Of a stretch of DNA of 64,000 bases, positions 1 through 11,829 are shown piece by piece; the first letter of the stretch is position 1, and each line of letters begins with the position of its first letter. Position numbers and translations under genes: made by a program. The stretch comes from Epiperipatus broadwayi (taxonomy: Eukaryota > Animalia > Onychophora), in NCBI GenBank assembly GCA_028023455.1, contig JAQFVV010000007.1, positions 14,880,001 to 14,944,000 of the forward strand. The letters are read 5' to 3'. Below the pieces are notes generated by a model. The model was not told the origin of the DNA and did no database searches. It saw nothing but the letters and a program-made list of their open reading frames with translations.

Positions 1-1924
1 GATTAAATGTTTTTTGGTGTTCTGTAAATATTGAATTGCCTTCATTTTTGTTTACCACTCTATTGTACATCTATAAGTGCTGTACTACTCTATTGTTTAC
101 TGTGACCTGAGATTCACCATAATATGTTGCCTTACAGCCAGTTTGAGGGTAGGTAATCTTATATACAACTTGTGGGGGCTTGGTCTGGATCTATTTTGTC
201 ATTCATGTTGTTGATCATTCTATTTGTGTTTGGTGGAGTTCTGGGGTGTATTTTAAATTCATTAGATAAGTGTTTCACTATTTAATACATCAGTTGTTTT
301 CTTTAATAATACACAAATTATTAGAAAAATCAAATATTAATGCTTACATCTAAATATATAATTTCTTTTAATAAGCATCAACTTCAAAATTTTTCCAGCT
401 AAAGGAAATAATAGTAGACAATATTTTCTAACATAGATAATATCATCTTAAGGAAGTAAAAAGAAAGCTTAACAGATCATTTCCTGTTTTATTGCTTTCT
501 TTTCAGATATACCAAATTGTAACTTCATACATCATTTGCCTATACACCACATTCCTCATAAGGTAATTCTCATCAATATTACCTTTGCAGTCTTTTGTTC
601 TATGATCTTTGAGATGTTACTTTTTACTTTAATCCTATTTTTTAGAATTTTCTTCTATTAATAGAATAAAATCAAAATTGTGGATCAAGCTCCTAAATCT
701 CTGTCACTGTCAAATGGTATATCATACCAGCAACAATGTTACATGATTTTTTCTTATTTTTACTCATACGTTTCTGGAAGAAGTCATCTTCAGTCTACTT
801 TAAATCCATCTACTGTAAGCTCAAATATTCAATATATACTAAATGATATAACGTATTGATTCCAATTTGAATTCTAGTTATTGATGATGTCAGAAGTCAG
901 AATCTTTCTGTAGATCGAGACTTTATAACACTATAACTTTTAGTAGCTATTGATTACTAAACTTATAGTGGTTTGTTCTAAGGCAATATTAAAATTATTT
1001 GGTCTTAAGTTTTTTAACAATAATTTTTATTGATATGTTTTATAACTATAATTTCAATTTGTTAATGTGAACTGTGATACATTTGCACAACTTGTTAATG
1101 CTCTTTATATATTTTATTACTAAACACTTTTAAAGTTGAATTTGAGGACTCTCAGTAATGACCAATTTAGTTACAATTATAGTGCAATTATAGTAATTAC
1201 AATCTTGACCAAACTACATTTTGTATAAATTACTGTAATTAGATGAAATGTTGTTAAAGTAATCTATAACTGCAAATCACTTTATTCTACAATTTACACA
1301 TTAGGAGAAAACAAGAGAAGTTCTTTATTTAAGTGTTATCTACTGCTACATTGAATAATGCAACAAAATGTCTGGTAATCCTTGCTTACTCAAGCTAGCA
1401 ATAGATGGTGCTAATGTTAATGAGATCTTGTAAAAACCTATCAATCTTTGTAATATGATTGAAAATAGATAATACTTTTTAAATAATGTGCAAATAAATA
1501 TTAAAAATAAGTTCTAAATTAATAATAAAATGAATTTTATTCAGTGAGATTAGGTAATAGAGTCTTTATGATTTGGAGTAATGGCAGAATGGCAGACAGG
1601 AGGTTAATATCCATATATCATATTCAGTTATGTCACATCCCAGTGGTCAGGCATTTTATACATTTTTAAGCTGTTCAGTTATTTTTGTCCTTGGGGGAAG
1701 AGAGTGAGATGATAGCCATATTTTATTACTGGATAAAATTCTACAAAGAAAAAAATTATTAATATTTATGAACTGAAATATGATACATTTTATACCATAA
1801 ATATTCAGAAAACACATGTGAGATATCAAAAGAAATTCAATAAATGGAGACATTTTGATATCTAGCTTCAGTCAAAAAAAGGCTCACTAGTATACAGGCA
1901 CTTAATATGTGGTTGATTATGATC

Positions 1925-2458
1925 CAAGTTAGAATAGACCATGTATCATTTATTGGTTGTAATTTAAAGAGAGGTGTTATGATTATCAATTACATACCAA
2001 ACAAACAATATTATGTCTTTCTTACTGTATTTTTAATCATCTGTGTTCAAGATTAACCTCATCAATTCCAAAGCAATCTATTGCAAACTTTAGACTATAG
2101 AATTGTTTTCAGACCCCCAGATTAGTTTCTAGTTATTGCTTTCAGCAATGAAATAACTGGATAAAAATATTATTGGTCATACCCTAATTTAGAGTAGACC
2201 GTGTTTCATATTTATTGCATGGATCAATAAATTGAATCAACAGTATTTATTCTAATTTAAAGAGATGTGTTACAATTAATTTGGTTATATACCAAACAAA
2301 CAATATTGTTTTTTCCTTACCTTATTTTTGTCATCTGTGTTAGGGATTAACCTTATCAATTACAAAGCAATCTATTAGCAAACTTTAGATTATAGGATTG
2401 TATTAAAATCCCCAGACTAGTTTTTGGATATTGCTTTCATTGATAAAATAACTGGATG
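1925..2458. repeat. Diverged local tandem duplication (about 1925-2162 and 2185-2458)
   Basis: Colinear shared blocks in both copies, e.g. ATACCAAACAAACAATATT, TCATCTGTGTT, AAAGCAATCTATT, GCAAACTTTAGA and AAATAACTGGAT. Confidence 0.8.
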
Positions 2459-2649
2459 GCTTCATTTCTTGGCACTTTAGAAATGTCAACCTTTTCCAGA
2501 GAATGTGAAGTTGAATTAATGAGGAATTATTTTTTTAGATCTGCATCTTACATCAAACAGCCTAGCAGACATTACAGTATGCCTTTAAATATTAAGATCC
2601 TAGGAGTAAATCTGTGCTAGTCGAGTAATAAACAATAAGTGACACTAAA

Positions 2650-3080
2650 CCATCATTCATGATTATCAAGGCTTTTCATTGGTCATAGTGCTTTAAAGAT
2701 CTTAAAAAGGTTCATGGAATGCAATGATCTTCTGAATAAACTACTCTACCAATGCACAAAACCACATATGGTGTTTGCTTTCATTGATTAGGAATTTTGG
2801 ATTTCTACTACATATTCAGAAGCCATGCCTAGATTTTAGGCTATCTGAGATTCAAAGACGTTAAGGCTTGAACCTATGCCAACTTTCTACTTGCAATAGC
2901 AAAGCATTATTCAAGATTCTCAATGTGCTTTCAATATCTGCATTATGAATAGTATTCAATCCCATTATATTACTATATACCAGTATTCCTGGATTGCCCA
3001 AGCTTACAATAGATGACTCTGCAGTAAAGTAAATATAAAAGCTTATTGACTCTAATGCAAATTATGGAAGAAACTGGGAA
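2650..3080 (+). pseudogene. Possible very old RTE-type reverse transcriptase fragment
   Basis: Broken translation contains QGFS...MVFAFID*E, resembling the RTE RT motif GFR...LAFIDYEKAFD. Many stops and frameshifts; weak. Confidence 0.25.
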
Positions 3081-3336
3081 AGTGATTTAATATCCTTTTT
3101 TTTATATATATTATTGTTTATCAAAGTGACAAACAGGCATCATATAAATGAGTCTACTAAAATATAGTCATTAATTTGTCATACCTGTATATATATATGA
3201 AAAACAGAATCAAGTTAAAAACTTGTTAACGCTTGTATTTATGTCAACAGATGGCGTTCTACCAAAAACACCGTCAAGCGTATTTCGTTTACATAAACGT
3301 CAGAGAATGCATTCACTATCTCTAACTTTAATTCCA

Positions 3337-3380
3337 CTTTCAGATCATGATTTCAAGCTATTTGCTATCATCAGTGAAAA
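3337..3380 (-). ncRNA. Type I hammerhead ribozyme motif (unit 1)
   Basis: Minus strand reads TTTTCA-CTGATGA-TAGCAAATAGCTT-GAAA-TCATGA-TC-TGAAAG: core boxes, AGC/GCT stem II, palindromic stem III, NUH site AUC, and stem I pairing. Confidence 0.75.
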
Positions 3381-3735
3381 ACAGGAATAAGAACTAGATC
3401 TAAACACAAACTCTGAGCATTTATGAAACAGTTTCTATTCAGCTTGCAAGCGTGAATTTTTTAGACACGTTAATGTCTTCAAACTCAGCACAGCAAGCCA
3501 GATAGCTACATGGGTCTGATATCAGTTCAGCATCACCACATAGTAGAAGCCTCTGCAATATATATCATTGCAAGAAAGACCTCAAAGGTACATTTATGAA
3601 AAACAAAATCAAGTTAAAAACTTGTTAACGCTTGTATTTATGTCAACAGATGGCGTTCTACCAAAAACACCGTCAAGCGTATTTTGTTTACATAAACGTC
3701 AGAGAATGCATTCACTATCTCTAACTTTAATTCCA

Positions 3736-3779
3736 CTTTCAGATCATGATTTCAAGCTATTTGCTATCATCAGTGAAAG
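3736..3779 (-). ncRNA. Type I hammerhead ribozyme motif (unit 2)
   Basis: Minus strand reads CTTTCA-CTGATGA-TAGCAAATAGCTT-GAAA-TCATGA-TC-TGAAAG, with a perfect 6-bp stem I. Confidence 0.8.
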
Positions 3780-4364
3780 ACAGGAATAAGAACTAGATCT
3801 AAACACAAACTCTGAGCGTTTATGAAACAGTTTCTATTCAGCTTGCAAGCATGAATTTTTTAGACACGTTAATGTCTTCGAACTCAGCATAGCAAGCCAG
3901 ATAGCTACATGGGTCTGATATCAGTTCAGCATCACCACATAGTAGAAGCCTCTGCAATATATATCATTGCAAGAAAAACCTCAAAGGTACATTTATGAAA
4001 AACAAAATCAAGTTAAAAACTTGTTAACGCTTGTATTTATGTCAACAGATGGCGTTCTACCAAAAACACCATCAAGCGTATTTCGTTTACATAAACGTCA
4101 GAGATAAATACAAGCGTTAACAAGTTTTTAACTTGATTTTGTTTTTCATAAATGTACCTTTGAGGTCTTTCTTGCAATGATATATATTGCAGAGGCTTCT
4201 ACTATGTGGTGATGCTGAACTGATATCAGACCCATGTAGCTATCTGACTTGCTATGCTGAGTTCAAAGACATTAATGTGTCTAAAAAATTCACGCTTGCA
4301 AGCTGAATAGAAACTGTTTCATAAACGCTCAGAGTTTGTGTTTAGATCTAGTTCTTATTCCTGT

Positions 4365-4408
4365 CTTTCACTGATGATGGCAATTAGCTTGAAATCATGA
4401 TCTGAAAG
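4365..4408 (+). ncRNA. Type I hammerhead ribozyme motif (inverted unit)
   Basis: CTTTCA-CTGATGA(4371-4377)-TGGCAATTAGCTT-GAAA(4391-4394)-TCATGA-TC-TGAAAG. Predicted cleavage after 4402. The A-to-G change in stem II keeps a G-U pair. Confidence 0.8.
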
Positions 4409-5212
4409 TGGAATTAAAGTTAGAGATAGGGAATGCATTCTCTGACGTTTATGTAAACGAAATACGCTTGACGGTGTTTTTGGTAGAATGCCATCTGTTG
4501 ACATATATATATACACACACAAAGGAGATAGTTTGATTTTAATTCATGGTGTCAGATCTATTGGAATGTTTCTTTTTCAAATCCTTAGCTTTCAATGTAT
4601 AAATAAAAGCAATGGCAGTTAGTGAATGGACAAACACAAATCTAAATTAATCTATTTGGATGTGGCATTAACATCCAATGCTCATTAGTTGAGTTTAACG
4701 TATATCACCCCAGAGTGGAACAAATACAGTGAATCATAATTCCTAATTCATGTGATTTATGATGACTAAGTGCAATGAATTTACAATGCTTGTGAATTTA
4801 ATAGACTTATACTGATACTATAAATTATACTCAATTCTACAAAATGGCAAAAAAAATTTTATTTAGTATTTTTTGTTTTCAAAATCACAGTAATTTTAAT
4901 ATGGAGAATTTTTCAATACTATATACTTTTCAATACCTTATAAGTATAGTTCATTTTACTTATCATTTGGAATCAATTTAATTTATAGGTGTCAAATTAA
5001 CTTTACACATAACATTGACAGCATTCGTTTCAGACAAATTAATTAATAATTTTTATTTATCCTTTATTAAAATAGAGATTATCTCTAATCCAGATATAAA
5101 TGTTAAACTTCAGTTAAATGGTAATACGTATATATTTAATTATACACAGATACATGAAACAACTCAACTTCTTATCTCTAGCCTGAATATAAACTTTAAA
5201 CTTCAGTTAATC

Positions 5213-5247
<35 letters not shown>

Positions 5248-5414
5248 GTTTTCTTGAAGGCTTGTGATGATGGTGTTCTAATTGGATTTTTATATTGCTC
5301 TATTTCCATCATCTAATATGAGTATTGAATGCCTTCAGAAAAATTTAACTTTTATTTAAATATTCCAAATATATTCAACTGTTAGTAATAGCACATCAAA
5401 CAGATTAGTATATG

Positions 5415-5452
5415 CACAATGTTTTGAGAGGTATTATTCTCTTCTTCAGGTG
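5415..5452 (-). ncRNA. Decayed minimal hammerhead motif (family B, left arm)
   Basis: Minus strand CAC-CTGAAGA-AGAG aataatac CTCT C-AAAA-CA-TT-GTG. G12 is lost, consistent with CpG decay. Confidence 0.45.
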
Positions 5453-5600
5453 TTGCTAGCCTGACCAGTAAAATTTCTACCAACTGTTGCCTTTGGCAGG
5501 ATGGCTCAGTTGGTTAAATTACCTTAAAATTTCAATACTCAAGAATCTAATGGTCCAGATTCAAATCCCATGCTATTACTGTCACTGATCAGGTCAGCAA

Positions 5601-5643
5601 CACCTGAAGAAGAGGGGAGGATAATACCTCTTGAAACATTGTG
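5601..5643 (+). ncRNA. Minimal hammerhead motif (family B, right arm)
   Basis: CAC-CTGAAGA-AGAGG...CCTCT-T-GAAA-CA-TT-GTG. The inferred ancestral form is ...C-GAAA-CG-TT-GTG. Confidence 0.55.
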
Positions 5644-7037
5644 CATATACTAACCTGTTCGATGTGCTATTACTAGCAGTTGAAAGTATTTGGAATATTT
5701 AAATAAAAGTTAAATTTTTCTAAAGACATTCAATACTCATATGTGTGTGTGTGTGTTCAGTTATTACAAACACATGGAATAACCCAATTTTCTTTGTCAC
5801 TTTTTTTCTGTGTATAGATAATATTTTAGAAATCCATAAATCTCTCATTTTATTTATATTAATTAAACATCATGCAATGCCATTGTCTCATGGTAAAACA
5901 GGTAAAAAAATCCAATGGTATTTATAATTTAATTATTTGTTAAAGAAGATAGTACAAATTGCATTATATGCACATTTCAACTTCAAGTCTAGGGTGAAAT
6001 TTCTACAATCTAAATAAAATCAGTATAATGTAATTTCACAAAGCAAATCATGTCACCATCTATAATGCCTTTTCTACTAAATATTTTGAGCCATAGATAA
6101 AATTGCTTTCACTTTCAACTACTCTGCAGTGGTACTATAATGTTGTGAGATATTTCTTTTAATTTAGTATCCTTTGTGCTAAATGTTTATCTTCCAAAAT
6201 ATTATGCACTAATTGATGTGATTTAATTATGTTATTATACATTATCAATATGTCTCAGTGAAAAGGTGACAGATGGCTGGTTCTCTCTCCAAGTTGACTA
6301 CAGCACCATCTCTGAGTTAATAATATGTGTTATGTGATAGCATAGCTTAGTCCTTAAAGCACTAGTTTCTCTGGATCATGAATTATGGCATGAAATGTGA
6401 CCATGTGTTTTTTACCCTCACTCATTGTGCAATAACATTCTACCATTAAATTTTATTTTAAATTCTGTAATGTTGCTCTGAATAATTTTGAAATTATTCA
6501 AAACATGTATAGCAATGAAGCCATAGATTGCAAAAATGTTTCTAAATGATTTATAAAATTTTGTAATGGTAGGGAGAGTATTAATGGTGATCTACAAAAA
6601 TACAAATCACACGGATTAAATTTCAGGTCATAACCCATGATCCAAACATTACTATGTAATGCATGCATTGTTACAAAAATGGCATTATATGAAGTTTGCA
6701 GTGAGTATATCATGTGCCTATTAAAACAATTCTTACTGCAATAAATTAGTCAAAGTGAAAATTAATTAACTGAACAACCCATTGTGGGGTAAGAATCTCA
6801 TTAGAATCTTAATACAAAAGAATAGTGGAAGAAAAAAAATAAATTAGACCTAATAATCTCTGAATTGTAAGGGTTTATGTTCTCACTTTCTATACTATAT
6901 CAAAATATAATTATATATCTATTTACTATCCAATATTAGTAGAATAATATATTGGTTATGGACACAAAGACCAAGGTAACTAACTAACAATTGAGAGAAG
7001 ACTAACAGGGCTGGGTTAGAATACAGCAACTTCTTTG

Positions 7038-7760
7038 TACGAAAATATTATGAAAAGTGAGACAAAACATATTTGCATTTCTGTCATATTAAACTTCTGT
7101 TGGTTTCACTCTCTTATCATCCCTTTCTGTATGAAGTTACTTTTCCCTGGTCACTGCTGTGCAGTTTTGATTGTGTTCAATCAATTCAAATGTGAATCTT
7201 GTGAGAGTGATTTCCCAGATGGCTGGTATGCAATAAGTCAGCTTTTATGGTATGAAGATGTGTCTGGTGCTGATATTTATCATAGATCATATAAATCATA
7301 TGGAGAAAGTGTTTTGTCACCAAAAAGAGAGTATGAGGCCAGCCATGAAAAAGAAGCCAGATACTGTTCCACATTTATGACAGATGAAAACACAGCATAC
7401 ACATGAACTGTTTCTGTTGAATAGATAAGTAATAGTAGATTGTATGAAAAAATTATTTGCAAATCAATCAAGATTCTGCCTGAGGTACTAAAACAACTCA
7501 CAGAAGTGTATGGTCATCTGATAATACTCTAAGGAAGATAAAAGTTTTTTTAAAAAAGAATCTTTATTAATGATGAGACATCCATTACTACGAACCTAAA
7601 AGAAATCCTAGAGAATGTGCATTTGCATCCAAGAAGATATCAAAACAATGCCAAATTTATGGTTAGCAGCTCAACTTAAAAATATTTTAATGAGGAAATT
7701 TTTAAAGCTCTATGAAGTCGAACAAAGTGTATTGAAAAGATGAGACATTATATAAAAAAG
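7038..7760 (+). pseudogene. Mariner (Tc1/mariner, DD34D-type) transposase remnant, 5' half, with probable left TIR
   Basis: LLWYEDVSGADIYHRSYKSYGESVLSPKREYE matches the mariner N-terminal HTH. Also TDEN, a degenerate WVPKQLTE (EVLKQLTE) and a DET motif from the first catalytic Asp region. TA-CGAAAA...GAAAAGT at 7038 resembles a mariner TIR. Frameshifted. Confidence 0.75.
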
Positions 7761-9438
7761 CAATGTATTTATCTTTTCTGACATATAATTAGATAAATTC
7801 AGTAGCCATAGTGCGGTTAATTTTTGACCTACACTTATACTTTACAAATTTTAGCAGTGAATATAAAATGACGGTATTACTCTTTTTTTTTCTTTCAAAG
7901 TTTTAAAACTATATATATAATAAATAACTCAGATTATTTGTAATAGAACATCTCTGTGTTCCAATGAATAACTAATTGTTTTATAACAAACCTCCCAGGA
8001 TAAATGTTTTTAAACTATTTTTGCATTTTTTTTTTATGATTGCTGTTTAAAATAAAATAATAAGATCTTTATATTTGAATCTTTTAAAAAAGTTAATTAA
8101 TAAATTACATAAGATTTTTAAAAAATCCATTTTTTTATAATAAAGTTCCTCTCTCTCCTGAAATGTAAAACTTCATATATTTAGATTATTTAATTTTAGT
8201 TTCAGAATTTTCATTCCATAAATTCCTTAGCTGTAGAAAATTTCTGTGCATTTATTTCACTGCTTTTAGAATAATGCGTTATTTTGAAGTCAATGTCTTA
8301 TTCATAAATCATCTTCATCATCAATTAGCAGCTATCTGTAAATGAATATGACTATTGTAGGATACAGAAAAATATAAAAAAATAAATATAGAAAAGATAA
8401 AAAATAAATATTGACGATGAGTTTTGCATTATAATGTAAATGTAATCACATACATAATATATTTAGTCACTGATTCTCTCTCCAAGCTTCCTGAAGTGAC
8501 ATCAATGACTCAGTACATGTGTTATGTACTAACATATTTTATCTATTAAACACAAAAATTGTAGGATGCTAGTGTGTCATGAAATCATACACAATGGGTT
8601 AACATGTTAACATTAACTTTTGTTTAAGTTGAGCAAAACTACTATTGAAACATTTTAGATGATTCAAAATTATATAGGAGTAAAACCATGATTTTCAAGA
8701 ATGTTTTCAATCAGTTTGTAAGATGATGTCATGCTGGGAGTGCTTTGAAGATGATCTACAATGATACAAGTCACATGATTACATTTTATGCCATAACTTA
8801 TGATCCAGACATGCTAGCACCCCAAAATTTTTGTGGCCAATAGCCTATGACCCTATGTAGTGCATTATTGATTCAGAGATGGTGATGCAGGCAGATTGAA
8901 AAAAAAAACAGTCACCATTTTATTGGTACCTAATGTATATGTCACAATAATCTTTATACATAAGCATTAAAACAATGTAATGTTCTGGTTATTTTGATGC
9001 CCTTGTAAGATGTTACACTGGAACTCAAGTTTCATAGACACTGGGTCAACCCTATCACTTCCAGAGACTTGACATATTCCTGAGCACTAAAACAATTGAT
9101 TATTTATTTAGTAGAAGCTTCCTCTACTTTTTTTAAAAGTTCTTAGAGATAGTACCACATCCTTCCAAAAACTAGAAGGTATTACTGCATTTTCAAAATA
9201 AAAGCATCTTCCAATTTCTTATTCTTTTTAAAGTGGTATTAATATTATTTTTTCCTTTTTTTTTTTATCTTTGGTACATTGATTTTATTACCAAAATATA
9301 ATTAATAATTCCTTTTATTTGCACCTTATTCAATGCAATACATTGATTACACTTTTATTTTATTACAGTTTCAATTATTCAACAGATTTCATCAAAATTT
9401 CTAGTGATGAAGATTGCTGATAATCAAAACTGTAAATA

Positions 9439-9441
<3 letters not shown>

Positions 9442-9529
<88 letters not shown>
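9442..9529. repeat. (TA)n microsatellite
   Basis: Uninterrupted TA run. Confidence 0.97.
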
Positions 9530-9531
<2 letters not shown>

Positions 9532-10599
9532 AAACAATATATTGCATTGAATAAAGTGTAAATAAAGAATTATCAATTATAATTGTTCTCTCTCAAATTT
9601 ACAGACTCATTTTACTTGTTTATATTTTATCATAACAACTGTTTAAATATAATCACATATAAAATAGAACATACAAAACTTTATTAATGCAATAAAACAA
9701 AATAGCAGTAGTTTACAAATTAGAAAATGTATAGATGACAAAAGAACCTTGAATTGCCTGAACAAATTACTGCAGATATAAAGTCCCTTTCCCCTAACTT
9801 CCATCTGCAAGAAACATGGATGGAGAAATCATTATTCATCAATCATCTGCTCATAAGATAACAAATTTTATAACCTTCTTTCCTTGTTTTGAAAAGACTG
9901 TTGTATTATAGAGACTAGAACATCTATTTGTCTTACCCACAACTTATTTTTAAATATAAATTTTAATTTTTTTTAGGCACTAAACAAGTTTAGATTTTTT
10001 TAGATGATCAGTTTATAGCCAACCTAATTACATATTAAATAATGATTCAGTAAATATATATCTAGCCATTCTTAACTAAAGATAATGCTCTAGGTTAATA
10101 AGTTGGTCAGATGAATGTCATATGAATATATTTACTATATAATATGACCTTCACAATTGATGAAAAAATATTTTTATGGTCACAGAGTCTGGATTGCTTT
10201 TATTTTCTTTGTTTTAGCTTCTAAGTGAAAAATAGTTTGATATTCATTAATCGACCAATGATTGGGTAGCGTTTGGATCAGCTATGAATTTGCTACATGA
10301 ACAAAATTTTGATTTTGATTGGAAATTTTCCACAATCTGAAGACTTTTTCTAAGTACAACTGTCATTGAAATATCAGGTCTTGGTCAAATATATTAATTA
10401 CTCCCTCACTATGCATAATCTTCACAGTTATATAACTACATATTGTATTAAACACAAAAATAAAAATATATTGTAATTTATTAAAAGAACAGATGGCTAT
10501 CTGTAATAGCAATGACAAACAAACAAGTATAGCAATTCCAACTCCAAAACAAAAAGAGATATAAAGACAAAACAATAACATTAATAATAATAGTTAGTG

Positions 10600-10601
<2 letters not shown>

Positions 10602-10654
<53 letters not shown>
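10602..10654. repeat. (GTA)n microsatellite
   Basis: Direct reading. Confidence 0.97.
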
Positions 10655-10984
10655 AAGTGGGCATCAAAACCAAAACATAAATACTAAATGGAATAATGAG
10701 CTAATAGATTATTATGGCAAAAGTATAAATTTGTGATATACTAGTTAAAGAAGTTGCCTGCTAGGCTTGTGACCTTGGGTTCAAATCTGAGTGGCCAAAA
10801 CTGAGTTATTTCCAAAGCAAGCTGAATACTTTTTTCAAATAGCTGATCCACAGTCATCCAACATAGAGCAGCAAATGGGTCTCTATCTATTTTTAGCTAA
10901 AAGGAAAATTATGTGAGATTATCTGGGTTGATTGTTGTGCCTAATATAAAGCATGAAGTATGCTATAATTTTCATCACTGATAA

Positions 10985-11200
10985 GAAGGGGCGGTCCTTG
11001 CTTGGGGTTTGATTTATTTTTGAAAATTAAAATTGCTTAATTACTATTGGTGGTCTCCTTTTTTGTAATTTAGCCCCCTCCCTCCCCCCCCCAAAAAAAA
11101 AACAAGTTTGAATGATTTGCGGCACCGCAATCCATAAACCTTTAGCTGAAGAGCCGGCTCCTTTATCCCTTCACCAAACTACGCAGAACAAGTATATTTA
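10985..11200. promoter_or_regulatory. Small CpG/GC-enriched patch, possible unmethylated promoter
   Basis: GGGGCGG box, C-run, and GCGGCACCGC, GCCGGC, TACGCA in an otherwise CpG-poor background. No repeat homology seen within the window. Confidence 0.3.
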
Positions 11201-11829
11201 TTTTTAAATTTTTAATAAAGTAAATTTAGAAAAATAAAGTACTTTAAAGTTCAGTTCTGCTATTTTTAAATGTTGTAGACAAGTAATTTAGTCTATTTTC
11301 AGTTTTAAGCTTTATATGTTTAAGTTGTATTAAAAAAAAAAAACAATGTACTTTTTTTAAAGTACTTCTACTGTCGCAATGAAAAGTAATTATTAATTGT
11401 AATATGTGCAATGATGTTTTGATAATATATATAAAGTTTAAAGGAAACTTATTTTAAAACTAAGCTTAAGGAGAACATCTGTTAATTTTTTTTCCCACTA
11501 TTATTGTATGTAAAAGAACAAGGTTTAATACAGTTCTCATGTTCAAGGCCTATGGGCCATATGTAATGTACTAAAGAATTTAATGAAGTCCAGGTGGAAA
11601 ACGGGACACTTCCTTATTTTAAAAAATAAAATCAACAATGGCTGACTTTGATAGATCTGTTCAAATTTGAGAAAAATTATAAAAATATTAAAAAGAGGTC
11701 AGTACGAGTGTCAAATAAATAGAAAATTTACATTTAAAAATGTTATTCAAGGATAAAATAATGAACCATATGTTTTTGTTTTTATGTTGTGTACAAGTAA
11801 ACTTCAAATACATCGCATCATTATACTTA

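Larger units (their letters stand above)
3197..4504. mobile_element. Retrozyme-like non-autonomous element: about 2.3 direct 399-bp units plus one inverted unit, each full unit with a type I hammerhead ribozyme
   Basis: Units start at 3197, 3596 and 3995 (period 399). 4105-4504 is the reverse complement of one permuted unit. Units differ by only a few substitutions, retain CpGs, and are flanked by (TA)n on both sides. Confidence 0.85.
5245..5742. mobile_element. Palindromic HHR-bearing PLE-like non-autonomous element (family B, locus 1)
   Basis: Inverted arms at about 5310-5470 and 5590-5742, each with a decayed HHR core. Flanked by (TA)n and (TG)n. Homologous to 61937-62255. Confidence 0.65.

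Noticed and set aside
3568-3789. 73-aa ORF inside the 399-bp array
   Set aside because: TTG start, no recognisable domain; a chance ORF in the repeat unit, antisense to the HHR.
3197-4104. CRISPR-like or protein-coding tandem repeat
   Set aside because: No short repeat/unique spacer alternation, eukaryotic context, and no continuous frame across units.
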